A stretch of 63,061 nt of DNA, the filler included, from Rhabdomonas costata (taxonomy: Eukaryota), in the NCBI GenBank assembly GCA_019059605.1. It is 54 parts of 54 records of this genome, joined end to end, with 100 filler letters (N's around TTAATTAATTAA, not from the genome) between each part and the next. Parts side by side here need not be neighbours in the genome. Positions count along the whole stretch, not along the records: positions 11,702 to 12,772 come from JAHMHO010030208.1; positions 12,873 to 13,942 come from JAHMHO010030209.1; positions 14,043 to 15,112 come from JAHMHO010030210.1; positions 15,213 to 16,282 come from JAHMHO010030211.1; positions 16,383 to 17,452 come from JAHMHO010030212.1; positions 17,553 to 18,622 come from JAHMHO010030213.1; positions 18,723 to 19,792 come from JAHMHO010030214.1; positions 19,893 to 20,962 come from JAHMHO010030215.1; 46 more parts are not named here. One strand, given 5' to 3'. The notes under the pieces are model-generated. The model made no database searches. It was given only the letters and a program-made list of their open reading frames with translations, and was not told the DNA's origin. This document shows positions 11,770-22,755 of the stretch, piece by piece. Both the position numbers and the translations under genes were made by a program. Positions within the stretch are counted from its first letter, which is position 1. Each line of letters starts with the position of its first letter.

Positions 11770-12772
11770 CTCCACCGCATCCAGCACTGCTTCCCGAGGT
11801 GTGTTCAGGAAGCAGTCGGCCACGTCATACTCCTCCAGCCCCACATCCCTTAGTAGGTCTGACTTCACTCTGCACTGCCTGCATGCAGCTGCCACATGGG
11901 CAGATGATCCGGTCGTTGCTGCAGAACAAGTCCTCCGGGCTTCTGCCACCGGCACAGCCAGCGCACGTGCAACGCACGTGCGATCCGAAGAGGGTTTTTG
12001 CAATGCTTGACTATCGGCCGCAACTTCGCAAGAGTTTCTGCGACAGAAGAGATGAGGCTCTTCTGCTTCACCGTCCAGTAGCACTGCGGCCGGTCCGACC
12101 CACCAGCAGGTGTCCGGCCAACCCACTGTCCAGCACCATTCACAGCTGCCAGGAAAGAGTCCCGCATGAGACGAGCGTAGAGCGGGTCGTCGAATGAGGA
12201 CGGACACGTGACAGTACCGCGAGCACTCCAAGAACACTGTGTTGTGAATTGAGCTCCAAAGCTCGCGGCACATCGGACTGCGGTCCACCCGCACCAGCAC
12301 AAATCTGCCCACACCTCCCTCCGAGCAGCAATCAGCTCCCGCTGCTTCAGCACCGGCGCAAGGGAGTCCATCCAGGGTTCTAGAGTCCGCAGCGTCGGCT
12401 CCAACACAGCCGCTGCAGCCTTCTGAGCCGGCTCCTCAGGAAAGCCCGCGCGCCGGAACCGCGCCGCCCTCTCTTCGAACTGTTTGGCAATCCGCCGCAG
12501 CGAGGGATACGTGCGACACTGCAGCGACGCAGCGCCAGCCACCTCTCTCAGCCGATTGCAGCACGCTAGCTGTTGCCAGTTTCGGCAGATTGCATGACCT
12601 TGGGACCGCGGGACACACGCAGGCAAAGAACCACAACTGCATTGCACCACACGGTCCCAGGGGATGGCTGCTGGGCTGAGGATCGCCTCCGCGAAAGGAA
12701 TTTTCTCCCAGCAGATCGCAGTTGCCTCCAAAGTAACCGCAAACTGCGGTGCCCGCCGAACAAAGGGCAGGC
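11770..12772 (-). mobile_element. Penelope-like retroelement reverse transcriptase, N-terminal half (frameshifted)
   Basis: QCSCGSLP..GH motif; RPQCYWTVKQK...KLRPIVKHCKNPLRIARAL; GLEEYDVADCFLNTPREAVLDAVEW (first catalytic Asp motif); frameshift from an 11-nt duplication at 11960-11981. Confidence 0.72.
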
Positions 12773-12872
12773 NNNNNNNNNNNNNNNNNNNNNNNNNNNN
12801 NNNNNNNNNNNNNNNNTTAATTAATTAANNNNNNNNNNNNNNNNNNNNNNNNNNNNNNNNNNNNNNNNNNNN

Positions 12873-13942
12873 GGTTGGGGTGACGTAGAGGGTGGAGTTG
12901 GGGAGCAGCTGCTTGGCACGCAGGATGAAGCGCACCGCGGGGTCAACCACGGCGAAGACCACGATGGCGTCTGGGGGGCGGGCGCCAGCATCGCGGAGGA
13001 TGGTCTGCAGGCCGTCTTCGATGTTGATGGTGTTGCGGGGGTACATTCCGGAGCTGATCAGAGGCAGCCCCACGTGCTGCAGGGCGGTGACCAGGGCAGT
13101 GTACCCGGCAAGCCCGTAGGCATCGTTCTAGCCAAACAACGTTTGCCAACAAAACAACAAAACCCTCCTCCTCCTAGGTGAAATGTTGTGGCAGCGACCC
13201 GTTTGCCAGAAATCCACGCTGCCACAGCATTGTGCCCGGGGGAGCTGTGCTCATTGTGATTGGCAAAGGTCGACATGGCGGTCCAAAGAAGTGCAGCGAG
13301 CACTGGCCTTTTCCTTTCCTTTCCTTTTCCAGTGGCATAAGGAAGGATCACAATTCCGTGAGAAAACTATTGCCACACAACAGTTGTGGCCAACGACAGA
13401 GAGGCATTTTTCTTGGAAAGGAACCCACAATTATCAAGAATGGGATATGGCTACCTATTCAACAAGACCGAAGGACGGTGTAAGCGCTTATTGTGATTTT
13501 TTTTTCGCGAATTCTTGCAAGGCCAAATCTGAGCTTTGTTTGACATCAATGTTGTCGTGCATCTAAATAGAGACAGCGTGCGTGCATTCCTGTGCGCCTG
13601 AGTGAGATGATAGGCAGGCGTGTGGTGAGGAGAGTCAGGGGGGGGGGAGCACCTGGTAGAAAATCGAAAACCTCGTGATGAAGCGAACTCGGCTGAGGTA
13701 ATCCACCATGCAGTTCACCTCATCACTGTACGAGGCCCGCACGTTGACGTACAGCGGGTTGAAGGGGCGCCGAAACGCGTCACTTCCGCTCTGGACGCCG
13801 ACAAAGGGGACCCCAGCGGCAGTAGCCAAGCCCCCCGCGGCCTGCCCCGGGCCTGTGCCAAAAGTGCCAATCATGGCATACACCTTGCGCCCCAGCAGAA
13901 CCATCGCGTTGGCCGCCGCGGGGCCGGCGTTGTAGCCATCAT
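12873..13942 (-). CDS. Type I periplasmic-binding-protein (Leu/Ile/Val-binding-like) domain, probably the ectodomain of a receptor-type adenylate cyclase; exons 13942-13653 and 13127-12873
   Basis: DGYNAGPAAANA..VYAMIGTFGT..GVPFVG..SGSDAFRRPFNPLYVNVRASYSDE..FSIFYQ|NDAYGLAGY..YPRNT; GT-AG intron 13128-13652 in phase 0. Confidence 0.85.
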
Positions 13943-14089
13943 NNNNNNNNNNNNNNNNNNNNNNNNNNNNNNNNNNNNNNNNNNNNTTAATTAATTAANN
14001 NNNNNNNNNNNNNNNNNNNNNNNNNNNNNNNNNNNNNNNNNNGGTGTTGTGGTTGCCTTTCATTGTACGCTTCTCGGTTTTTCATTCAG

Positions 14090-15030
14090 GTCTTGTCCAC
14101 GTTTCGGCAGTACGTTCGGGACTGGGCGGAAGAGGGCCGGCCCGAGCGGGAGCTTTGCTACGGCCCAATTCTGCGGGCCCTGGAGCAGGCTTTCCCAGAC
14201 CCAAGGGAGCGCAACGATGTGCACGTGCTCGTCCCAGGCGCAGGACTGAGTCGTCTGGCGTTCGAGATTTACATTCGGGGGTTCTCTTCCCAGGGTACAC
14301 CCACCCACCTTCGCTTCTCTTGATCGCAAGCACCAATCTTTAAACCGGCGTTCTCCTTTCTGCCCATAATGTTGGCCTGCCAAGCTTTTGCGGCCTTCGG
14401 GTCAGGTGGTTATTGTAATTCTATTGTGTGAAACTTTCAACAGAAATATGGGAGCGTTCCAGACGCGTTGTGAGCGAGCAGGGTTGATATGAGTTTGGAG
14501 CGGACGTGCCATGCATATGTGTTATAAGATTTCTTTGCGCGTGTGACCCAAAAAACAGAAACCGGCCACTTTTCACATCAATTTGGTTGTGAATTGAAGA
14601 GTTTCTTTTTGCTGGGGTGTGGCCTTTCACAACTGGAGAACTGACAGGATGAGGTTGGTGGGTATACCATACTTCAAGCCTTTTCACTTTGCCCCCCCCC
14701 ACAGGTTCAGAGTTCTCTCACCACATGCTGATCGGCGGCAGCTTTGTGCTGAACCACATCTGTGCGCCCTGCGCATACACCATCTACCCCTTTGTGCACC
14801 ACATCTGCAACAACCGGGACCGCGCGGACATGCTGCGGCCCGTCCGCATCCCCGACGTCGCCCCACTGGCCCATGTGGCGGACGCCGGGGAGCCTGGTGG
14901 GAGTTTCAGCATGTGCGCTGGGGACTTCCTGGAGGTGTACAACCACCCCAGGGAGCGAGGCGCGTGGCAGGCCCTGGTGACCTGCTTCTTCTTGGACACA
15001 GCCCATGACGTGTTTGAGTACATTGAGACT
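14090..15030 (+). CDS. CARNMT1: Carnosine N-methyltransferase (N2227-like); exons ~14090-14294 and ~14705-15030
   Basis: STFRQYVRDWAEEGRPERELCYGPI..VLVPGAGLSRLAFEI..GFSSQG|SEFSHHML..IYPFVH..RPVRIPDV..FSMCAGDFLEVY..VTCFFLDTAH. Confidence 0.92.
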
Positions 15031-15280
15031 GATGATGACGCCCATTAGTGTGAGTTGTGGTTACGACATTACTGCGTTTTTTTTTCAGGCAATCTTGCCG
15101 CACTACAAAACCNNNNNNNNNNNNNNNNNNNNNNNNNNNNNNNNNNNNNNNNNNNNTTAATTAATTAANNNNNNNNNNNNNNNNNNNNNNNNNNNNNNNN
15201 NNNNNNNNNNNNGAGGCGAGCCGTAATGTAACTCATCATAGGCACTGCGTTGTGGCCTCAGTGGACAGTGGGTCCTGGGT

Positions 15281-15733
15281 TTACGCTGCTGTGTCTGTTC
15301 CTTCTGTGTGTGTTCCGATTCCTTCAACCATGATCTCTGTTTCTAGTGCGTAGGATGTGGTTGGTGTCTTGGCTGGTACGGTGGATGTGGACGGTAGCGC
15401 TGATGTTGTGCTTGATGTTGTGCTTGCTTCAGAGGGTCGAGGGATGTTGGAAGGTGCTGCGTGGATTTCTGGGGCTGGTAGTGTGAGGGTTGGTGACGTG
15501 ATGGTTTCTAGCGCTAATGGTGTACCTGGTGATGCTGGTGTCTGTACTGCTTCTGTAACGCTTCTGTGTGTGGAGTGTGAGGGCTGTGTTTCTGAGGACG
15601 TAGTGATGGTGGAGGGGTTACGTGTAGGGTTACGTGTTGGAGTCGAAGGGTGAGAGCTGCTGCTGATGTCAACCCTCCTACCAGCTGTGAGAGGCAGAAG
15701 TGAGACCTTACGCTGAACCCTGACCTTGAACAC
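15281..15733 (-). CDS. Possible Thr/Ser/Pro-rich low-complexity ORF
   Basis: 150-codon frame with mucin-like composition; no ATG start and no family recognised. Confidence 0.3.
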   Translation of the reverse strand: MFKVRVQRKVSLLPLTAGRRVDISSSSHPSTPTRNPTRNPSTITTSSETQPSHSTHRSVTEAVQTPASPGTPLALETITSPTLTLPAPEIHAAPSNIPRPSEASTTSSTTSALPSTSTVPAKTPTTSYALETEIMVEGIGTHTEGTDTAA

Positions 15734-16382
15734 TCACCTTCTATCGCGATGCCCTCTCAACCACTACTACGGATGGCTCCACTGCGTGACCCATCCTTCG
15801 TTCCTACCACCATCAAGGCCGTCACCTCTTGGGGTATTCCTGCATGGCTACGCCAGGACGGAGCATGACCGTACCACACGTAAGTGGTGGGGAGGGCATG
15901 CGTAGTGACAGGTGGGGTTAAGGGTTCTTTGATGGTCGTGACTCGCTCCGCTCGTCACTCCATAAATGCAGTGGTTCCCTCGCTCCACCGCTATGCGCTT
16001 ACGCTCAGTCACTCCTCCTACTCCCATGATGATCCATTCCTACGTCATGGCCCATCATATAGGGTGTAAGCGTAAGGAGCCCCGCGTGGACAGAGAGAAG
16101 AAGAGGCCTTACAACCACGCTCTCACTGCGTTCGTCACTGCATTCCTCACTTCGTTCGTAATGTGGTAGTGGTTCGTCATTCCACCGCTACGCGCTTTCA
16201 CTCCTCACTCCTACTCCCTACGGTCTCAAAGCACTCATGTAAGCGTAGTCTCTCTGTGTGTATTCCCTGTGGACCCACAACANNNNNNNNNNNNNNNNNN
16301 NNNNNNNNNNNNNNNNNNNNNNNNNNTTAATTAATTAANNNNNNNNNNNNNNNNNNNNNNNNNNNNNNNNNNNNNNNNNNNN

Positions 16383-17167
16383 TGTTGGGCCTCGTAGCGC
16401 TGGCGGGAGGGAAACAGAGAGTTGAGAGTTAAGGAGAGCGAACTGCCCAGCACTCCACTGGTTCAGGCGGTGGTTGATCAGCGTAGCGGCCTGGCGCTGG
16501 TGCTTGGACACTCCTCTGGGGAGTGGAGAGAGGACGAGCTTGGCGAAGCCCATGAGGAGAAAGGAAGTGTAGGGCGTGGGGTCACGGGATAAGGCCTCCA
16601 TGGTAGCTGTGAATGCCTCGGAGCAGGCCACGCGGGATCCCTTAGGAATGTGGCGGAGGGTGGCTTCTGGGGTGCCAAGAAGCTGCTTTATAATGGGCAA
16701 GTTCCCAACCGGGGAGGGAGCGACGAGCGGCTGAACCCCAGCATCGAGGGAGGCCATATACGCTTCCATGGCAGGGATTGAGGCGGGCTCGGACTGGCTC
16801 GGCCGCTTCGAGCGAGGGAGGGCATCCGCACTGTGCTGCCCACACTGCGGACAAGCGCGGCCTGCAGCGGGGAGGCGGGAACATCGGGAGCACACCCAAC
16901 GACTCTGGTACTGCAGCCAAGCCTCCGGAACAGGCCCCACCGACTGCAGGTGCACCTTCTCCAAGTGCGTCACGGCTGACTGCAGGGAGCGCCACTTTCA
17001 CTTTCACTTTCTTGCCGACGGGGCAACCCGGGACTGGGCAGCGAAATAGTGGGCGAGGCGCTAGTGCCGGCGCAGCGGGGGTATTGGTGTCTCCGGGAGA
17101 CGGCTGCAGCGCGACCACGTCCGCGAACTGGAGGCCTTCGGCGCAGGCCCAGGCACAGCCTGCCATT
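16383..17167 (-). mobile_element. Non-LTR retrotransposon (CRE-like) ORF N-terminus with zinc fingers (frameshifted)
   Basis: FRCPVPGCP.../THLEKVH C2H2 finger, CSRC..CPQC, then TLRHIPKGSR..FAKLVLSPLPRG..RLNQWSAG, the conserved pre-RT region of CRE/R2-type elements; frameshift at an aaagtg tandem near 16995-17010. Confidence 0.75.
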
Positions 17168-18060
17168 ATCCCTCGGTGGTGGGCTTCTCGGCAGGCACAC
17201 GTCGGAAGAAGAAAACACAACAGTAATAGAGAACAGTGTCGCCTTGAGTGAGACCCCCACTTGTACGCTGAACAAAAGCGGATGGGTGGAGGTCGAAATA
17301 ATTATTTCAACCAGTAATGTCCATGTATCAAATTATATTCACACTACGAACACACTCATTGTGCGTACGAACACACAATCCGAAGGCCCAACCACTAATA
17401 TAAACCGGAAATCACACGACACAAATACGAAATCCTAACAAAACCCCAACCCNNNNNNNNNNNNNNNNNNNNNNNNNNNNNNNNNNNNNNNNNNNNTTAA
17501 TTAATTAANNNNNNNNNNNNNNNNNNNNNNNNNNNNNNNNNNNNNNNNNNNNGGTGGGGTGGGGCCAGTTTCCACCCTCTCGCCTGTTTGAGACCATCGT
17601 GTTGGACCGTGAATATGGATTCGAGCGGATTTCGGTGCCTGAAATTATCCGTACGAGTGTTCACTCTTCACACCCAGCTCAGTGTGTGTGCGTGTGTGTG
17701 TGTGATGTGTGCAAGTCTCCCGTAAAAAACGCCGCCAGCGGCAACTCAAACGATGGTGGGAGATAATCGGAGTGGGGCAGCGGCTGTTAGCCATGGCGTT
17801 AAGGGGGGGTTGTCGATGAGTCCTGTGAAACGTTGGAAATTTGTGAGACGCATTGTAGCGATGCCCGTTGGATATTTTGCAAAGTTGGCGAAGCACCATT
17901 GAAGATGTTTTCTCTGAAGAACGCGTGAATGAGAAGAACGCTCATTTTCGCTCACTCACGCTCTGCACCCCTGTCGCCTTCTCCCACTTTTTTCCGCCGG
18001 GCAGGTGCATTCTTTCTTAGGTATTTTTTCACACACTTTTCCGCGCCTTTTTCCAATTCC

Positions 18061-18332
18061 ATGCCGGTCAATCCAGTCACTCTCAGCCTCTCTTGCGGCG
18101 TCAGCGGGGAAGGCTGTCAACGGTCTGCAGGGTCGACCCCGGCTCGCCCTGCCGCGACCGCGCCATTCCACGCCTTAGTCGGCGCACCCTGCGAGATGCC
18201 ATCCTCCCCGAGGACTCCCGTCTCGCAAATCATGAGGGGAAACCCCACAAGTCCTCCTCCCCTCCGCCCGCGCGTTGCCCGGAAACTCACCGAGAAGTTC
18301 GCCTTGGCGGGCGCGTCCACTTGGAGACATTG
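18061..18332 (+). CDS. Putative first exon, hypothetical protein
   Basis: ATG after a pyrimidine-rich tract; strong donor g|gtgagt at 18333. Confidence 0.35.
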
Positions 18333-20486
18333 GTGAGTCTCCTTTGCAGGTCAGCGCATTAACCATGCCATGCAGACGAAACGTCCCATTTCCGGTAGCC
18401 GATCAACGGTGACACTTGAAATGGGGAAAGGGGAATAATCGAAAACCAAAATGAAAGCGAAGGCAGTGAGAGGTTTTCATCGTTGTCACAGGAAACTGCG
18501 AGACAAAGAAAGATGTGTGTGCGTGTGTGTTTGCAACCCTTGCAAACACGTTCGTTCTCTCCCTCACCCAGCATCCAATGCATCAAGGGGCACGCATGTG
18601 AGGCGAACGGGGGGTAAACGTTNNNNNNNNNNNNNNNNNNNNNNNNNNNNNNNNNNNNNNNNNNNNTTAATTAATTAANNNNNNNNNNNNNNNNNNNNNN
18701 NNNNNNNNNNNNNNNNNNNNNNGGTTTGGGGGCTGAGGCCACCCCACAGCCTTCTCAAGGCGAGCCCCAGGCAGAGCTTCTAGAGGTCGAACCATATGCG
18801 CGGTGCCCTCTCGCTGGTTGTGGGGTGTTCAGCTTTGCATGTGACGAGCGCCGTCTCCTCGGCATTCATTTTTAACTTCAGCCCCGTTCAAAGGTTGGAA
18901 ACGCTTTGTGAGAACCTTTTGATGAGTTATGTGGTTTGTGCAGCCTCTCATTGAGACAAGGACCTGAGGCTTCAGTTTTTTCCAGCTGTACGACTTTTAA
19001 GCAGTTCTCTCCCTTGGATTGAGTGATACCCCTCCCCTTCCCAAACACTCCTCTTTCTAGCACACCGTATTGTTTCCACTTTGGTTGGTAACCAACACCC
19101 ATTGTGGTGACACCACACACACACACAACATCAGTTGCGCAGCCTTCCCTGTCCTCTCAAAGCCTGCCCCCCCAGGTCTCTCAATCACCGACAACTACCT
19201 CGCCCACCTCCGTGCCTCAGCCGCTTCTTTCTTCTTCCTCCCCGTGCACTTCATGATCCCACCTCCTGCTCGATGCTACTGTTCCCTTGTGCTTCAGCGT
19301 TAATGTTGCGACCACAACCGTACAATCCTGTGCCGCCAGTGCTTTTTGGGTTGAGTGGTTGCGGTATGGAACAGAGATGCAGATACCATTCAATTGGTCA
19401 TAGACTTATGGGCACGTACATTCCAGTTCTGCGACCATGAAGTGGTACCTTTCTTGTGCGGATGTTTGTGACGACCTGTGCTCTGCTTCGCCGTAGAGTC
19501 GGTGTATCACGGAGGAGACTCTCTGGAAGCCGACCCCGCCGCCTCCACCCACAGAGCAGCCCTTTGCAAGGACCTCGACCTGCCTCTCTCATTCCTTTAT
19601 GCAAGAGGTTTCTCCTCCTTTTCTGGGCGGCTGATCTAAGGCCTTTTACGTTTAACGAACAATGCAAGGGGAAAAGAGCGCAGAGGGCCGTCGGTATAGC
19701 GATGCTGCGATGAGTTGGTTCTGATTCTCTCTCTCAAGAAATCTCTCACTGTTCATTCAATTTACCTGCGAAAACGCGATGTACGCCCACCCNNNNNNNN
19801 NNNNNNNNNNNNNNNNNNNNNNNNNNNNNNNNNNNNTTAATTAATTAANNNNNNNNNNNNNNNNNNNNNNNNNNNNNNNNNNNNNNNNNNNNGGGTGTTT
19901 TTAAGACTAAGTGCATAACCCCCTGGTATGACCTGAAACACAGATGCGAGCATCCCCAATGTTCGCATCTGTGTTTCAGGTCATACCAGGGGGTTATGCA
20001 CTTAGTCTTAAAGACACCCGTCCGATACCAGCGGCAAAATGTGATAGAAGACTTCACATACTATTTCTCGGTTTTCGGGTGAAGCTATACTTATAGACTC
20101 TCGCGCTCGTGTTTGAGTGGACGACTCACCTCGGGTCTGCCGAAAAACCGAAAAAAAAATAGTCGACGTCTATGTGTGAAAACGTGCTGTTTTTAATGGC
20201 TTTTTTCTGTCTGCCTCATCTTTCTTTTGTGCGGCGGTTCCATGCGGAGGATCTTTGATGCTGGACGTTGTGTGTTATGGCAAGAAAGAAGGCCAGGTGG
20301 AGACCTGGAATGCTAGGGCTCGAAAATAAGTGTGCGAAGAAAGAGCTTTGGACCTTTCGAAATACAAGAGCTGCAGCATCGAGATGAGTTGAGGGACAAC
20401 GGGGTCTCAGTGTATTGCCAATAACATATATGTCAACCTGTATGTTAGCGTCTGTTTGTGAAAACAAGCAGCGCTCGCACCTACAG

Positions 20487-20716
20487 GGGACTACAAGCTC
20501 AAGACGGACCCGGACTACGTCGTCCCAGAGACCCAGCGAGTTACCGCGGAGCGGAAGTTCCGGCAGCTAATCCTGCAAGAGGAATCCATCACCACGCTGA
20601 GGATGGACTTCAACGATCGCTTCCTCGCTCTGCGCGACCTCAAGCGCCGGCTGGTCGACAACCTCAACCGCGACTGCGCCCGAGTCACCCAGATCAACGT
20701 CCAGCTGGGAGCCCAG
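20487..20716 (+). CDS. CFAP44: Cilia- and flagella-associated protein 44 (WDR52) exon
   Basis: GDYKLKTDPDYVVPETQRVTAERK...FNDRFLALRDLK; acceptor ctacag, probable GC donor cag|gcacgc. Confidence 0.82.
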
Positions 20717-21211
20717 GCACGCTGCTGTTTTGTCTATCTTTCTTTTCCCATTCGTTCGACTATATATATAGTCAGTTCTTTTGATTTGGAATTCTGGTGG
20801 CGGTGTAGCTTTTCTTTTTGCTCTTTTTGTTGGTATGTTGAAAGATACCCCCCCCCCAAAAAAAAAGGGGGGGGGCTGTTTTCCGGTTCCTCTCCTCCTT
20901 TTCCCCTTGCGAGTTTGTGCTCTTTCACAGACCATTCAAGTTCGCAATGATTAAGGGCCGGGNNNNNNNNNNNNNNNNNNNNNNNNNNNNNNNNNNNNNN
21001 NNNNNNTTAATTAATTAANNNNNNNNNNNNNNNNNNNNNNNNNNNNNNNNNNNNNNNNNNNNGGTTGGGGGGGGCGGCGACCGTTTTGCAGAGGAGGCGA
21101 AGGCCAGTCGGCATTGAGGCCACAGAGTGGGCGGCTGACTGGGGAACGTGACCTGGGGCCCTTTGCCCACTTTTAAAATATTACGTTCAATACGAAAAAT
21201 TGTTACTCCTG

Positions 21212-21476
21212 CCGGTGGTAACAGAAAAGAAAAGTGACTAAAAATTATTGTTGACTGAAAACCGCCGAGAAAAATATGCCAGAACTCTCGAAATCACTTG
21301 ATTATTGTGTGAGGGAGGTTAGGTAAGCTTTGTCAGTGCCCCCCCAGATGGTTTTTGCTTAAAAAGCCGAAAACTACTCCTGGCCAAGGGCTCACCAATG
21401 GCCGGAATATGGGCGGATGAGCTGGGCAGCATTCAGGCAGGGGCGAAGACCAGCGGCGTGGCGGCCGGAGCGGGCG
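21212..21476 (+). repeat. Dispersed non-coding repeat, copy 1
   Basis: Colinear blocks shared with 29761-30046: gtaacagaaaa, ggttaggtaa, ttttgcttaa, aactact, atatgggc, gcggccggagcgggc. Confidence 0.8.
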
Positions 21477-21625
21477 GCTGGGGCGGGGACGTGGCCTGGG
21501 GGACCTTTAACAACCTTTTTAAAGTAACCTTACATAGTAAAGTAAAACTCCCTACAACGTCAATCGCACCCTTAACTTTGCCATAAATCAAGTGCCGAGA
21601 CAGAGCACTCTCACTCCCAACGGAC

Positions 21626-21974
21626 CTTCGAAAGGATTCATGGCAACCACCCGTAGCACCACCGGGGTGGGAAGCCGAAAGGCCCCGAGGAACGCAAAGT
21701 ACGCCTCCACGGCCTCCTGGCCCAGCGCCCGGGCCCGGGCAGCGCGCTCCAACGCAGAGCTGTGTGTTGCCCTCCACCTCTCAACCAGCTCCGGGGTCAT
21801 CTCTTGGACCTCCACGGAGGGCGGGGGGCCGGCCAGGGCGTAGGCCACGCCCTGCAGCCGCCGGAGCTCGTCTTGGGGAGGGGTCACCTCCAGCAGAAGC
21901 ACAAAGCTGTACGGGTCTTTCTCCGGGGGCGAGGACGCGGGAAGAAAGGAGAGCTCGTGGACCTTTGGGTCCAC
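21626..21974 (-). CDS. Hypothetical protein exon
   Basis: GC-rich frame VDPKVHELSF...VVAMNPFE bounded by gcag| and aag|gt. Confidence 0.6.
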
Positions 21975-22517
21975 CTGCGCCCGAACCGCGGGGGAGGGCA
22001 TTATTTTGGAGAGGGCATGATGTGTACATCGACAGTGTCAAGGAGACCGGATGGTGTCTGCTTCTTTTACACTTCAACTGTGGTTTTCCAGTTCCAACGC
22101 TCTGAGCTCACTTACTGCAAGACAAGTCGGGGNNNNNNNNNNNNNNNNNNNNNNNNNNNNNNNNNNNNNNNNNNNNTTAATTAATTAANNNNNNNNNNNN
22201 NNNNNNNNNNNNNNNNNNNNNNNNNNNNNNNNTGTGTGTGTTCTTCTTCTCGTTCCGGTTGCGGCCCTCCGATGCATCTCGATGTCTCGACTCTCCACTG
22301 TACTTCGGTGTTGTACCGACTTTGGACCTGCCGCTTGTTTTTTTTCTCTATGCCGCTGCACTCTTATGCTGGTTCCTGTCTCTAGTGGATGGATTCCTTT
22401 TTGTAGCCCACCCCCCGTTGTCTCCTTTGTGCGTTCCAAAGAAACGGGGGGCTTTACTGATCAACGTGCTTCCATCACTCCATTGCTTTCGCTCTGTCTT
22501 CCTCTTTTGTGAAACAG

Positions 22518-22755
22518 GGAGGGCTGACCGCCATCGGAGGGGTTGCGCAGTCCATCTCCTCCATCGAGCTCTTCAACACGCAGACTCTAACGTGGAGCCT
22601 GCTGGGCCCCACCCAGGCCATCCTCTCGCGCCCCGTCCACGGGGCCTTCTTTGGCAATTTGGACGGCCGCCTGTACGTCGGCGGGGGCTACGACGTCTAC
22701 CCGGGAACCCCAGCCGCTGTCCTGCAGTCGATCGATGTGGTGGATCTACAGATGG
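22518..22755 (+). CDS. Kelch-repeat protein exon
   Basis: GGL..SISSIELFNTQTLTWSLL..DGRLYVGGGYD; acceptor aacag, donor gtacat. Confidence 0.78.

Noticed and set aside
15031-15090. ATGATGA as box C of a snoRNA
   Set aside because: No box D (CTGA) or terminal stem downstream.
4682-17452. Apparent clustering of cyclase, solute-binding and retroelement fragments as one locus or system
   Set aside because: They sit on separate contigs, so the adjacency is artificial.
19893-20019. Near-perfect ~60-bp hairpin as a miRNA precursor or hairpin telomere (also 11712-11836, 36273-36387, 37447-37605, 59429-59550)
   Set aside because: All touch contig ends, with mismatches confined to the loop-proximal part or the primer end, which fits fold-back chimeras.
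20147-20162. Minus-strand ctatttttttttcg|gt resembling the 3' end of the Euglena spliced leader
   Set aside because: The match is mostly poly-T and the 5' half of the leader is absent.
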